From Opitutales bacterium (GTDB lineage: Bacteria; Verrucomicrobiota; Verrucomicrobiia; Opitutales; JABSRG01), in contig JBMYOQ010000039.1 of NCBI GenBank assembly GCA_049599475.1, positions 1 through 37,435 on the forward strand: 37,435 bases of DNA, in the 5' to 3' direction. Positions 15,961 to 25,413 of this stretch are shown here, in pieces. The position numbers and the translations under genes were made by a program. The notes beneath the pieces are model-generated. The model did no database searches. It saw nothing but the letters and a program-made list of their open reading frames with translations, and was not told where the DNA came from. How positions within the stretch are numbered: the first letter of the stretch is position 1; each line of letters begins with the position of its first letter.

Positions 15961-17712
15961 ATGTTTACTAAAGATTCCGTAGAGTGGATTCCGGTAGGAA
16001 CTTTTGATGAGCTCGTCGATGAGCAACCTGTTGTTGTTCGAGGAGCTGATCGGCAGATTCTTGTGTTTCGAGATGGCGAGGGCTTGCGTGCGGTCGATAA
16101 TCGCTGCCCACACATGGGGTTCCCACTAAATAAAGGGACGCTCAACAATGGTATGGTGACCTGCTATTGGCACCACGCGCGATTTGATGGGGAATCTGGA
16201 TGCACTTTTGATCTCTTCGCCGATGATGTTCCCGTCTACAATACGAAGATTGAAGATGGGATTGCTTATGTGGAATCCTATCCGCGGGTGCCGGCCTCGA
16301 AGTCCTATTTCCGCTCTCGCTTAGATCGTGGCATAGAGCAAAATATCAGCATTGTCATTTCAAAGAGTATTATCGGATTGCTCGAAGCGGGAGCGACCAT
16401 TGAAGAGCTCGTGGAGCAGTTGGTCGACTTCGGTCAGGCCAATCACGAGAGCTGGTCATCCGGTATGACCATGACAATCATGGCGGCAAATTTGTGGCCT
16501 TTTCTGTCAGACAACACGCGTGCCTATTTTGCGGTGGAGGCTGCATTACAATTGGCAAGTGATTGTGCTGGACAAGCCTCGCGGCGCGATCGCCTTGCTC
16601 TGGAAGGCAATCAAGCGAGTTTGGAGCGTTTGCGGGTGTGGAGTAAGGGTTGGGCTCAGGTGCGGCAGAGGGATGGCCTTGAACGCACTCTCTTGACAGT
16701 GGTTGATCGCTACGGAGTGGATGGCTTAGGTGAAATCCTTTTCGATGTCGTGAATGAACGGATCTATTCATCCACAGGACATGTATTGGATTTTTCAAAC
16801 AAAGCTATGGAGCTTGTCGAACTGTTGGGAGAAGAGAAGGCGCAGGCATTCTTGCCTATTTTGGTGCCGTCGATAGCTCAGGCCCGAGGGGCAGAGGAGC
16901 GTAGCTCATGGCGCTCGCCGGTGGATTTAATTGAGCTCATTCACAGGCAAGAGGATCGATTGAAATCAATCAAAGTGCTCGATAAGGGTAAGCCCTTGCC
17001 TGATGATTTTAGGACGGTGCTATTGGGTGATGTTCCGTCAGGTATTCTGGATACAATTATAGATGCACTCGAAGAAGGAGTCGATCCATGCCTCATCGCT
17101 CGCGAGATTGCATATGCTGCGAGTCTACGCTTGGCGTGGTTTCCACAGTCGAACGATATTGGGGATTGGTTTAATCCAGTCCATACGTTCAACTTCGCGC
17201 ACGCCGTTCACCGGGGGCTTCTGCGATCAAAAGAAAAGACCTTTGCAGCGTTGCGTGGGCTTCTGAGCGGCGCAATGTCTGTATATTTGGATCGCTTTCT
17301 CAATATCCCGCCTGCACGTATCCCGGGTAAGCCGGCCGACTTGGAAGGCCTGCCTGAGGAAGCATCTGAATTGTTGTCTGGGCTAAAATCTTGTCTGGAT
17401 TCGACGACGACAGCCATGAAAGCCGGGGCCTATGCTGTAGCGTATTTAAGAAAAGGATACGACGCGTCGGCCTTGGTGGATGCACTGGTATTCTTAACTC
17501 TGCGTGAAGATCTTGATTTTCACAAAATGCAGAATATGGAAGCGGCGGTCAGGGAATCACAGCACTGGCCTGAGGGCTCTGTTGAGCGCGAGCATCTTTA
17601 CCTAGGTGCCATACGATACCTGGCAGCCCATTGTCCCACTCAGAGGAGTCGATCCAAAATGACTCAAATTGCGATCCGTCTGCAACGCAAAGAAGCGATT
17701 TTTGAGGGTTAA
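15961..17712 (+). CDS. Rieske [2Fe-2S] domain protein with large helical C-terminal region
   Basis: CPHMGFPL and CYWHHARF Rieske motifs; C-terminal repeats with GH, VHTF and DFH His motifs. Confidence 0.85.
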   Translation: MFTKDSVEWIPVGTFDELVDEQPVVVRGADRQILVFRDGEGLRAVDNRCPHMGFPLNKGTLNNGMVTCYWHHARFDGESGCTFDLFADDVPVYNTKIEDGIAYVESYPRVPASKSYFRSRLDRGIEQNISIVISKSIIGLLEAGATIEELVEQLVDFGQANHESWSSGMTMTIMAANLWPFLSDNTRAYFAVEAALQLASDCAGQASRRDRLALEGNQASLERLRVWSKGWAQVRQRDGLERTLLTVVDRYGVDGLGEILFDVVNERIYSSTGHVLDFSNKAMELVELLGEEKAQAFLPILVPSIAQARGAEERSSWRSPVDLIELIHRQEDRLKSIKVLDKGKPLPDDFRTVLLGDVPSGILDTIIDALEEGVDPCLIAREIAYAASLRLAWFPQSNDIGDWFNPVHTFNFAHAVHRGLLRSKEKTFAALRGLLSGAMSVYLDRFLNIPPARIPGKPADLEGLPEEASELLSGLKSCLDSTTTAMKAGAYAVAYLRKGYDASALVDALVFLTLREDLDFHKMQNMEAAVRESQHWPEGSVEREHLYLGAIRYLAAHCPTQRSRSKMTQIAIRLQRKEAIFEG

Positions 17713-17730
17713 AACGGCGGGCTCCCTGAC

Positions 17731-17746
17731 TGGACTGGTGCTTGCT
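17731..17746 (+). promoter_or_regulatory. Putative sigma54 (-24/-12) promoter
   Basis: TGGACTGGTGCTTGCT (GG-N10-GC); would give a near-leaderless transcript at 17758. Confidence 0.45.
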
Positions 17747-17757
17747 GTTGTGAACGC

Positions 17758-18864
17758 ATGAAAACCTGTGAAGTCGTTCGCTATACTTTGGAAAACCCTG
17801 GGGATGTGTCCGCTCTGAAGGCTGCTATTGATTCGGGCTCCGTGGCCCCTGAATCCATACGTGCGGTGATTGGAAAGATGGAGGGGAATGGCGGAGTCAA
17901 TGATTTTACCCGTGCTTTCTTCACCCAGTCCTTGTTCTATATGTTGGCGGATTACCTTCCGGGTTCAGTGGACGTGTTGAAAGCGCGTATTCCCTGCGTT
18001 TTATCGGGGGGCACTGAAGGTGTATTGAGCCCGCATTACACCATTTTTTGTGTTTCAGAAGCAGAGGATGTGAGCAATTTGGAAAGCGTGCTTGCTCTGG
18101 GGAGTGCGATGAGTCGGGTGCTGGAGCCGGATGAAATTGGGCTGATGGCTCACGTTGCAGTCTGCAGAGATGCCGTTCTAGCGGCCATGGCAGATGCTGA
18201 TTTGTCCGCTGAAGAGGTGAGTTTTGTCCAAGTCAAATGTCCGGCGATATCGGCGGTTCGGGCGCAGGCTCTCATTGATGAAGGGAAGTCCGCCTGTGCA
18301 TCGAATTCTGGGCAAATCATGGCCTTGTCACGGGTTGCTGGAGCTTGGGGTGTGGGGGTTGCCTTGGGTGAGCTGTCTATGGATCAATTGAGTGACGATG
18401 CGATGTTGAAGGATTTTTCACTCCTGAGCTCTCGCGCGAGTATTTCTTCCGGTTTGGAGATAGATCGATGTGAAGTCGTCGTACTTGGAAATAGTAACAG
18501 CTGGGGGGGGAATCTGCAGATTGCGGCTTCCCCGATGACTGATGCCCTAGATTTGTCGGGCCCTTTCAAGGCCCTAGAAAAGTTGGGTATCGATGCTGCG
18601 CCACCACTTTCACAAGAGGATGCCCAGCGTATACGTTCAGTTTTGGTAAAGTGTGAACCGGCCCGGAGTGGAAAGATTCGGGGCAATCGCCATACCATGT
18701 TGGACGATACCGATATCGATCCGCAGCGTCATATCCGAGGCGCAGTCGGAGGTATGGTCGCTTCTGTCGTGGGCGATGGCCGCATTTTTGTATCGGGAGG
18801 CGCTGAACATCAGGGGCCGGACGAGGGCGGCATCGTCGCAGTGATCGCGGAGGTTGCTGGGTGA
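17758..18864 (+). CDS. Ring-opening amidohydrolase of the cyanuric acid hydrolase/barbiturase family (AtzD/TrzD-like)
   Basis: GKMEGNGGVNDFTR, SGGTEGVLSPH, VQVKCP, RHTMLDDTDI, FVSGGAEHQGPDEGG. Confidence 0.92.
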   Translation: MKTCEVVRYTLENPGDVSALKAAIDSGSVAPESIRAVIGKMEGNGGVNDFTRAFFTQSLFYMLADYLPGSVDVLKARIPCVLSGGTEGVLSPHYTIFCVSEAEDVSNLESVLALGSAMSRVLEPDEIGLMAHVAVCRDAVLAAMADADLSAEEVSFVQVKCPAISAVRAQALIDEGKSACASNSGQIMALSRVAGAWGVGVALGELSMDQLSDDAMLKDFSLLSSRASISSGLEIDRCEVVVLGNSNSWGGNLQIAASPMTDALDLSGPFKALEKLGIDAAPPLSQEDAQRIRSVLVKCEPARSGKIRGNRHTMLDDTDIDPQRHIRGAVGGMVASVVGDGRIFVSGGAEHQGPDEGGIVAVIAEVAG

Positions 18865-20264
18865 TGTCGGAAAATATAACCCATTGCGCAGGAGTCGAAT
18901 TAAGGCGGCAGGTCGCTGAGGGCGCACTATCCGTGGCGGAAATCGTGGATGCGCACCTGGATGCCATTGAGAAGCGCAATCCTGCTTTAAATGCATATTG
19001 TACGATCGCTGCTGAACGGGCGCGCGCGCAAGCCACTGAGGCGGACGTTCGCTTGGCACGGGGGGCATCCCCTCGGCCTTTGGAGGGCTTCACCGTCGCA
19101 GTCAAAGACATCACAGAAACTCAGGGAATACGGACGACTTATGGCTCGAAGCTGTATCGAGATTACGTCCCAAGTTTTGATAATTCCGTGGTCGGTCGCC
19201 TGAAAGATGCGGGAGCAATTTTGCTGGGAAAAAGCAATACATCTGAATTTGCGGCAGGAGCGCATGCCACCAATGAGCTATTTGGTCCAACGCGCAACCC
19301 TTGGAATACGGCGCTCACCGCGGGAGGTTCAACGGGCGGCGGTGCTGCGGCGGTATCCGCCTGCATGGCGACCGTCGCTGAGGGTTCAGACCTCGGAGGT
19401 TCGTTGAGAATCCCGGCATCCTTTTGCGGGGTGGTGGGCTTGCGGCCGACGGAAGGGCTGGTGCCCACTTTCCCCTCAAGCGCTCCGTGGGATACCCTGC
19501 AAGTGCAAGGCCCCATTGCGCGTCATGCCGAGGATCTGGTAACGGTGCTCGCTGCTATTGCCGGACACGATCCGCGATCACCCGTATCTGCACCTGTCGC
19601 ATACAATGTCTTAGAACAAATCAATCAATGTGAGAGCAAAAAATTGCGTATCGCCTACGTAGATACCTTGAGCGGAATCAGGCCGGATTCTGCGATTAGT
19701 AAATCCAGTGAAGAAGCACTGCAGAAATTAGCGGCCGTGGGTGTCGAAGTGGAGCAGGTAGATCTGGATCTGAGTGACGGGCGCGATGCCTTCATAGCGC
19801 TTCGAGGGATGCACATGGTCCAGCATCATGTGGATAGGCTTGAGCAGTTGGATCAACTCGGTCCGAATCTGCGTAAGAACTTGGAACAGGGCCTCCGGAT
19901 TACCGCAAAAGATGCCGCGCTCGCCGAAAAAACACGCGCGTCCCTCACGGCCCGTCTAGGAAAAGTTTTGGAACGCTACGATGCCGTAGTGACGCCGTGT
20001 ATGCCGATTGAGCCCTTCCCGGTGGAGCAAAACTATCCAACCGAAATCAATGGCAAGCCCATGGAGACCTACATCGACTGGGTGGCGCAGACATTTCTGG
20101 TCACCCTTGCCAGCGTGCCGGCAGCGTCAGTCCCGTTTGGCTTGAGCTCGCGGGGCTTGCCGATGGGTTGGCAGTTGATTGGAGCGCGATGGAAGGACGG
20201 TGAGGTGCTGGCCTTGGCTAAGCGTATTCAGAGCGTTTTGGATATCGGGATGCCTCCGCTGTGA
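18861..20264 (+). CDS. Amidase signature family protein (possibly AtzE-like)
   Basis: VAVKD, GKSNTSEF, TRNPWN, GGSTGG, GSDLGGSLRIPASFCG; translationally coupled to the upstream gene. Confidence 0.9.
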   Translation: MMSENITHCAGVELRRQVAEGALSVAEIVDAHLDAIEKRNPALNAYCTIAAERARAQATEADVRLARGASPRPLEGFTVAVKDITETQGIRTTYGSKLYRDYVPSFDNSVVGRLKDAGAILLGKSNTSEFAAGAHATNELFGPTRNPWNTALTAGGSTGGGAAAVSACMATVAEGSDLGGSLRIPASFCGVVGLRPTEGLVPTFPSSAPWDTLQVQGPIARHAEDLVTVLAAIAGHDPRSPVSAPVAYNVLEQINQCESKKLRIAYVDTLSGIRPDSAISKSSEEALQKLAAVGVEVEQVDLDLSDGRDAFIALRGMHMVQHHVDRLEQLDQLGPNLRKNLEQGLRITAKDAALAEKTRASLTARLGKVLERYDAVVTPCMPIEPFPVEQNYPTEINGKPMETYIDWVAQTFLVTLASVPAASVPFGLSSRGLPMGWQLIGARWKDGEVLALAKRIQSVLDIGMPPL

Positions 20265-20340
20265 GCCACGGGTAAACCCAGTCGAATTTTTTTAGCACTA
20301 ATCTGAAAAATCGACATCGCTCTTGCTAGGGAGATGCCTG

Positions 20341-21708
20341 ATGGCTGAAACCTCCTCTTCCTCTGACCCAAATCCTCCCGCTCAACAGGAACTCATTTAT
20401 CGCTTGAATGAACGTCCTAAGACGGTGTGGGAAACCATCTTCTATGGCTATCAGCACACGATGGTGGATATCTCGCCGTTTATTGTGCCCCTGGGTGTCG
20501 CAAGCGCGATCGGAATGACCGTGAGCGAGTCGTCGTATTTTATTAACCTGTGTCTGTTCGCCATGGGAATCGCGACACTTTTGCAAACGACGATCGGGAA
20601 CCGCCTGCCCATCGTGCAAGGTCCCTCGGTGATTCTGATTGGTGTCGTGGCGAGTATTGGACAGAAGCTCGGAGCGGCCGTTATGTGGGGCGCGATCTTT
20701 GTTGGCGGTTTGCTCGAAATGCTGTTGGGGGCTTCCGGATTATTGCGATATCTACAGAAGCTGTTCCCGCCTGCCGTGTCGGGTGTGGTCGTGATCTGTA
20801 TCGGGATCTCGCTTGGCCAGGTCGCGGTGATGCTGGCTGTGCGCGATGGCACGGCATCTCATTTTATGTATTCCGGGCTGGTGATGTGTATGATTTTTGT
20901 CTTACAGATCCGCTTTCCTAACGCACTGAATGGCTTGGTCGCCCGTGGATCGATCTTGTTCTCCATGTTCTTTGTCGGAGCCGTTGTAGCCGGATTTGCT
21001 GGGGATGTTAATTGGGACCTCGTGAAAGAAAAACCATGGTTTTCAATCCCGAGTTTATTCCCCTATGGAGGTCCGGGCTTCGGGTGGGAATTTGTGGTAG
21101 CGGCGATTTTAACATGCCTTGCTGGCTACTTGGGCTCTGTCTTTGAATCGTTGGGCGACTATGCCGCAACGTGTGCGGCTTGCGATGAACCTTACACCGC
21201 CAAGGTAATGAATCGCGGTATTTTTGCCGAAGGCCTCGGGTCCATGGTAGCGGCTATGTTTGGAGGGCTGCCTTGTACAAGCTTTACGCAGAATATCGGA
21301 ATTATCGCGACCACGCGTGTAGCCAGTCGCGTCGTTGTCCAAGTCTCCGCGGTTGTATTCATCCTATATGGCATTTGCCCTAAATTCGGAGCCTTGCTCG
21401 TAGCGATGCCGGGAGCTGTTCTCGGGGGTGTCTTTTTGGTGATCTGCGGTATGATAACGATCACCGGCATGCGCCTGGTGTCGATGGCAGAGTCCACCAC
21501 GGTCAATCAAATGGTGATCGGCCTCACGCTCGTGATTTCTTTAGGTCTCCCGTTTTACATCAAACAAAGCCTGCCAGCCGAGTGGGCTGAGTCATTGCCG
21601 ACATTGTTGAATCTTATTGTGACGAACAGTGTTGTACTCGTCGTTGTGGTCGGTATGACTCTGAATATTTTGTTGCGCTACGTGCTAAAGCCGAAGGAGA
21701 CGAAGTAG
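20341..21708 (+). CDS. NCS2 (uracil-xanthine permease) family transporter
   Basis: YQH in TM1, RLPIVQGPS, ESLGD, TSFTQNIGIIATTRVASR signature. ATG at 20341 preferred. Confidence 0.9.
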   Translation: MAETSSSSDPNPPAQQELIYRLNERPKTVWETIFYGYQHTMVDISPFIVPLGVASAIGMTVSESSYFINLCLFAMGIATLLQTTIGNRLPIVQGPSVILIGVVASIGQKLGAAVMWGAIFVGGLLEMLLGASGLLRYLQKLFPPAVSGVVVICIGISLGQVAVMLAVRDGTASHFMYSGLVMCMIFVLQIRFPNALNGLVARGSILFSMFFVGAVVAGFAGDVNWDLVKEKPWFSIPSLFPYGGPGFGWEFVVAAILTCLAGYLGSVFESLGDYAATCAACDEPYTAKVMNRGIFAEGLGSMVAAMFGGLPCTSFTQNIGIIATTRVASRVVVQVSAVVFILYGICPKFGALLVAMPGAVLGGVFLVICGMITITGMRLVSMAESTTVNQMVIGLTLVISLGLPFYIKQSLPAEWAESLPTLLNLIVTNSVVLVVVVGMTLNILLRYVLKPKETK

Positions 21709-21732
21709 GGAGGGACTCGGTCCTGTATCTGG

Positions 21733-22001
21733 GGTCTCACGCGAAGGCGCGAAGCCGCGAAGGAAGTTTGTTTCTATCTCTCTAATTGGTCAAAAGTCGT
21801 TTAGCGAAACAGGGAGGGATATTGTCCTCAATGTCCGCCGCGGTTGGCGCGTTGGCTCAATGGACGCTGGGACAGCGTCCCTCCCTAATATTCAGAATGA
21901 GTATCATGATCTCGATATGAATGGGGCTTCTCGAGCAGCAAATCAAACCTCACTACTCTCTCCATCCAAAGCTTCGCGGCTTCGCGCCTTCGCGTGAGAC
22001 C
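21733..22001. repeat. Nested inverted-repeat element (30-bp perfect outer IR, REP-like inner IR)
   Basis: GGTCTCACGCGAAGGCGCGAAGCCGCGAAG (21733-21762) and its exact reverse complement (21972-22001). Inner imperfect pair AGGGAGGGATATTGTCC (21811) and GGGACAGCGTCCCTCCCT (to 21886). Confidence 0.85.
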
Positions 22002-22021
22002 TCACTCAGAACCCAAGCCAT

Positions 22022-22819
22022 TTAGCCCGAAAACCTAAAGGCCAGCAACTCCCGCGGTGACGTCGCCAGTGCATTCATGTATTCAGAATAAGATCCGATT
22101 TCAGGATCGTCGATAACCCGACTGAGCACCGAGAAGTCCACCTCTTTTTCTGTAAATGGATAGGGGCATATTTTATACCGATGCTCACCCATGTATTCAA
22201 AATTCAATGTGATCTTCTCATCCGTATCATATCCTTTCGGGACATAGCCGATTTGAAAATCTTCGCAGGTGCCTTTGCAGATTAAGAGTCCGAGGCGGTC
22301 CCATACCTGCATGAGCGCGTAATTGGTCTGAATGACTCGCTCGCTCATGCTATCCAGACTGCCCATGTCTTCCATCAACGATTCGCGAAACTTAGCCTCC
22401 TCTGCGATATAGGTATCGATGATTGTTTGCTCCTCAGGATTTCGGATGGGCCTGATTTGTCCAGGGTCGGTGCCGAAGCGTTTATTGTAAATGCCTACGC
22501 CGTGCATGGAGAGGAGGTAGCCTGCATAGGGGTCTTTGGAAGCTGTTTGCTGCGTACCGTTTTGATAAATCGCGATGTGGGTGTCGTAAGGCAATGTGAT
22601 GTAATCGTGGGGAATTCCCTGCGCTTCGTTCCATGTCGGAGAAATGTCTTCTTGAGCCCACGCTAGATCATGCTCGAATGCCAGACGAAGCATCGAATCG
22701 CGCGGCGCGGGTGTGGCGAAGTCCTCATTACCCCAGGCTGCAGCAATTTGGCCGACGCAGTCCGAGTGGTGGGCTTGTGAGACGTAGCGTGTTTTATTTG
22801 AGTCGGAACTGATTATCAT
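22022..22819 (-). CDS. DUF3891 family protein
   Basis: SQAHHSDCVGQIAAAWGN, EHDLAW, DPYAGYLLSMH, QVWDRLGLLIC, ICPYPF. Confidence 0.85.
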   Translation of the reverse strand: MIISSDSNKTRYVSQAHHSDCVGQIAAAWGNEDFATPAPRDSMLRLAFEHDLAWAQEDISPTWNEAQGIPHDYITLPYDTHIAIYQNGTQQTASKDPYAGYLLSMHGVGIYNKRFGTDPGQIRPIRNPEEQTIIDTYIAEEAKFRESLMEDMGSLDSMSERVIQTNYALMQVWDRLGLLICKGTCEDFQIGYVPKGYDTDEKITLNFEYMGEHRYKICPYPFTEKEVDFSVLSRVIDDPEIGSYSEYMNALATSPRELLAFRFSG

Positions 22820-22838
22820 GGGAATTCTGTAAATCGGG

Positions 22839-23597
22839 TTATCGCTTCAGGCTCCAAGGGAAACAGACTTTTTGAACCCCACATACCGATTGGAATAAGG
22901 ATAGGGTGACTGCCACGAGCACGGTCAGGCTGGCCCAGGCTTGGGGGACTTTAAACATCGAGGTGGAGAATTGTATCAAATAGCCGAGGCCTTGGTCTGC
23001 GGCCATAAACTCCGCCACAACGGTTCCTATAATGCAAAGAGTAATCGATACTTTGGCGCCGACAAAGATATGCGGGATCGCGTAAGGTATGCGGATCTGG
23101 GTAAACGCGCGCCAGGTGTTGCCTCGCAGACTCTGGGAGAGTTCGATCAGTTCGCTGGGGGTCTCTTTGAGGCCGGTGGTGATCGAGATAGCGAGTGGGA
23201 AAAAGGTGATCAGAACAGAGATGAGTATCCGTGTGGTGTCTTCGGATCCGAAAATCACGATAATAATAGGGGCCACCGCGATCACGGGAATGGCTTGGAT
23301 AATCACCAGGAGCGGATAAACGCAGGCCGAGAGCCATTTGGATTGGGTGAGCGCGATCCCAGTTATCAGCGCGATGACAAAGGATATAATAAACGCCAGC
23401 AAGGCCACGCGCAGGGTAGACCACGCGTGTTGAAACCACTGTTCAAAGTCGAGAAACTGAAAGGCCTGAGCTATCGAGCTGGGCCGTGGCAAGATATACT
23501 CGGGGATCTCGAAAAAACTCACCGCAAGCTCCCAAACAATCACGATCAGTGTGACTGTTAAAAACGGAAGGGCTCGTGTGAGTACGTCAGGTTTCAT
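22839..23597 (-). CDS. ABC transporter permease (SsuC/NitT/TauT type)
   Basis: WEL...LPRPS, IPVIAVAPI, FFP, IGTVVAEF...GLGY. Confidence 0.9.
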   Translation of the reverse strand: MKPDVLTRALPFLTVTLIVIVWELAVSFFEIPEYILPRPSSIAQAFQFLDFEQWFQHAWSTLRVALLAFIISFVIALITGIALTQSKWLSACVYPLLVIIQAIPVIAVAPIIIVIFGSEDTTRILISVLITFFPLAISITTGLKETPSELIELSQSLRGNTWRAFTQIRIPYAIPHIFVGAKVSITLCIIGTVVAEFMAADQGLGYLIQFSTSMFKVPQAWASLTVLVAVTLSLFQSVCGVQKVCFPWSLKR

Positions 23598-23611
23598 TAC
23601 GTTAAAAAAAT

Positions 23612-24367
23612 CTATGGCCGCGCAATGAGATGTTTCCGCAAAGTCGCCGAAAGCTCTGCCAGCTGCGGGCAGTCAAGTGTGTCGGGACCCCGTGGACGGG
23701 AAATGTCGTTTGTGAGCTCGGTGCGCATGCTGCCCGGCTGAGTATCCATGATTAGGATACGATCGGATAATAGAGCCGCTTCTTGGATGGAGTGGGTGAC
23801 AAAGACCACGGTGAGCGGACGGCTTTGCCAGATTTTCAGCAACTCGAAGCTCAAGGTGTCGCGAGTGAGGGCGTCCAGAGCCGCAAAGGGTTCATCCATC
23901 AACAGAATCTCGGGGTCTTGAATTAGAGCGCGCGCGAGAGCTACACGTTGCTGCATGCCTCCTGAGAGTTGATCCGGGAGGTGATCTTTGTAAGGGGAAA
24001 GCTGAGTCAACTTGAACAGCTCGTCTGCCTTTTCGCGGGCTGCATCGTTGATGGGCGTGCCGGTATGTTTGAGCGGAAACAGGACATTGTCCCAAGCACT
24101 GGCCCATGGGAGCAGATTGGGCTTTTGGAAAACCATACCCGTTTTGCGGTGCGGTGCTTTAAGGGGAGCATCGTTAATTTTCACAACGCCCGTTGTCGGT
24201 TTCAAAAGTCCGGCAATGACACGGAGGAGAGTCGATTTGCCACAGCCCGATGGTCCGACAATTACGATGAATTCGCGCTGCTTGATCTGAAAAGATATAT
24301 CATCGAGTGCTACGAATTCGGCGCCTTTCTGCGTGTAGGTTTTCCGAATGGAATCCAGCTCGATCAT
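23612..24367 (-). CDS. ABC transporter ATP-binding protein (NitT/TauT type)
   Basis: GPSGCGKST, LSGGMQQR, LLMDEPFAALD, FVTHS. Start at MIELD (24367). Confidence 0.93.
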   Translation of the reverse strand: MIELDSIRKTYTQKGAEFVALDDISFQIKQREFIVIVGPSGCGKSTLLRVIAGLLKPTTGVVKINDAPLKAPHRKTGMVFQKPNLLPWASAWDNVLFPLKHTGTPINDAAREKADELFKLTQLSPYKDHLPDQLSGGMQQRVALARALIQDPEILLMDEPFAALDALTRDTLSFELLKIWQSRPLTVVFVTHSIQEAALLSDRILIMDTQPGSMRTELTNDISRPRGPDTLDCPQLAELSATLRKHLIARP

Positions 24368-24396
24368 GGGTGTTTTCAATAGACTGAGCCCGGGGC

Positions 24397-25413
24397 CTAC
24401 TGCGTGATGCTGGGCTTGAAGCTTCGATCGACGGCAGATTCGGGGTCGAAACTCTCGATCGCTAAGTTCTGCGCCTGGGCTACCCGTTGCCAAGTGGCCG
24501 CTACGCGCTTCGGCTCCATGGCTCCGAGCCCGTCGGTGAGGGTGGTCTCGTTATGTATCAAGCGCAGCGCATCTTGTAGGGGTCCTGTGACATCCTCGAT
24601 ACTGAGTTCCGGGACTTGTTTGATGACGGCTTGCGCGGCGCGTTCTGGGTGGCTCTTGCAAAATTCGAGCGATTTATGGAAGGCACGCAAAAATCCTTTG
24701 GCTGCTTCGGGGCGCTCTTTGAGAAATTTATCCGAAGCGACTAAGGTTGCCGAATACATCATCAACCCCTCATCGGCCCACGGTAGAATATCGATCTGCT
24801 TGCCCGCTCGCTCAGCGAGTTGGGTGTATCGAGAAACATCCGTCAGCCATGCAATGATGCCGTCGACGCGCCCTGTTACGAGCATGGGTCCGAGCGTGCT
24901 CGGATCTACCTTGAGCAGCTTCACGTCGGTCTCTTTGAGCCCCGCGTCTTCGAGAACCAAGGGCAGATACATATTCGAAGAGGTGAAGGGGGATGTCGCG
25001 ATGCGCAGGCCTTTCACTTTCTGCATGTTGGTAAGCCCGTGCTTTTTGAGAGCGTAAAAGGCATGCGGACCTTGGTTGAAGATAGACATGACCGCGGTTG
25101 CCGGGATGTCCTCATTGGCCTTGGCTGTGAAAAAGGCTCCCATGCCCGAGGAACCGATGTCGGCCACGCCGGTGGCGAGTTTTGAGAGAGCCTGCGTAGA
25201 GCCCTTGCCCGGCTCTATCGAAATCTCCAAACCTTCCTCTGCAGCGAAGCCTTCTTCGATGCAGACATAGATCGGTGCTTTATCGCCGCCAGGAAGCCAG
25301 TCGAGCTGGTAGCGGACCTTTTCCAATCCCCATGCATGCATCGTCAGTGAAAAGGCGATACATGCTGGTAGAAGGTTCTTTAAAGTACGTTTCAGATACA
25401 TCCAAATATCCAT
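24397..25413 (-). CDS. ABC substrate-binding protein (NMT1/THI5-like)
   Basis: Signal peptide, QLDWLPGG, EEGLEISIEPGKGS, FLKERPEAAKGFLRA. Confidence 0.88.
   Translation of the reverse strand: MDIWMYLKRTLKNLLPACIAFSLTMHAWGLEKVRYQLDWLPGGDKAPIYVCIEEGFAAEEGLEISIEPGKGSTQALSKLATGVADIGSSGMGAFFTAKANEDIPATAVMSIFNQGPHAFYALKKHGLTNMQKVKGLRIATSPFTSSNMYLPLVLEDAGLKETDVKLLKVDPSTLGPMLVTGRVDGIIAWLTDVSRYTQLAERAGKQIDILPWADEGLMMYSATLVASDKFLKERPEAAKGFLRAFHKSLEFCKSHPERAAQAVIKQVPELSIEDVTGPLQDALRLIHNETTLTDGLGAMEPKRVAATWQRVAQAQNLAIESFDPESAVDRSFKPSITQ

Noticed and set aside
20311..20327. Sigma54-like site before the NCS2 permease (CGACATCGCTCTTGCT)
   Set aside because: Lacks the invariant GG at -24.
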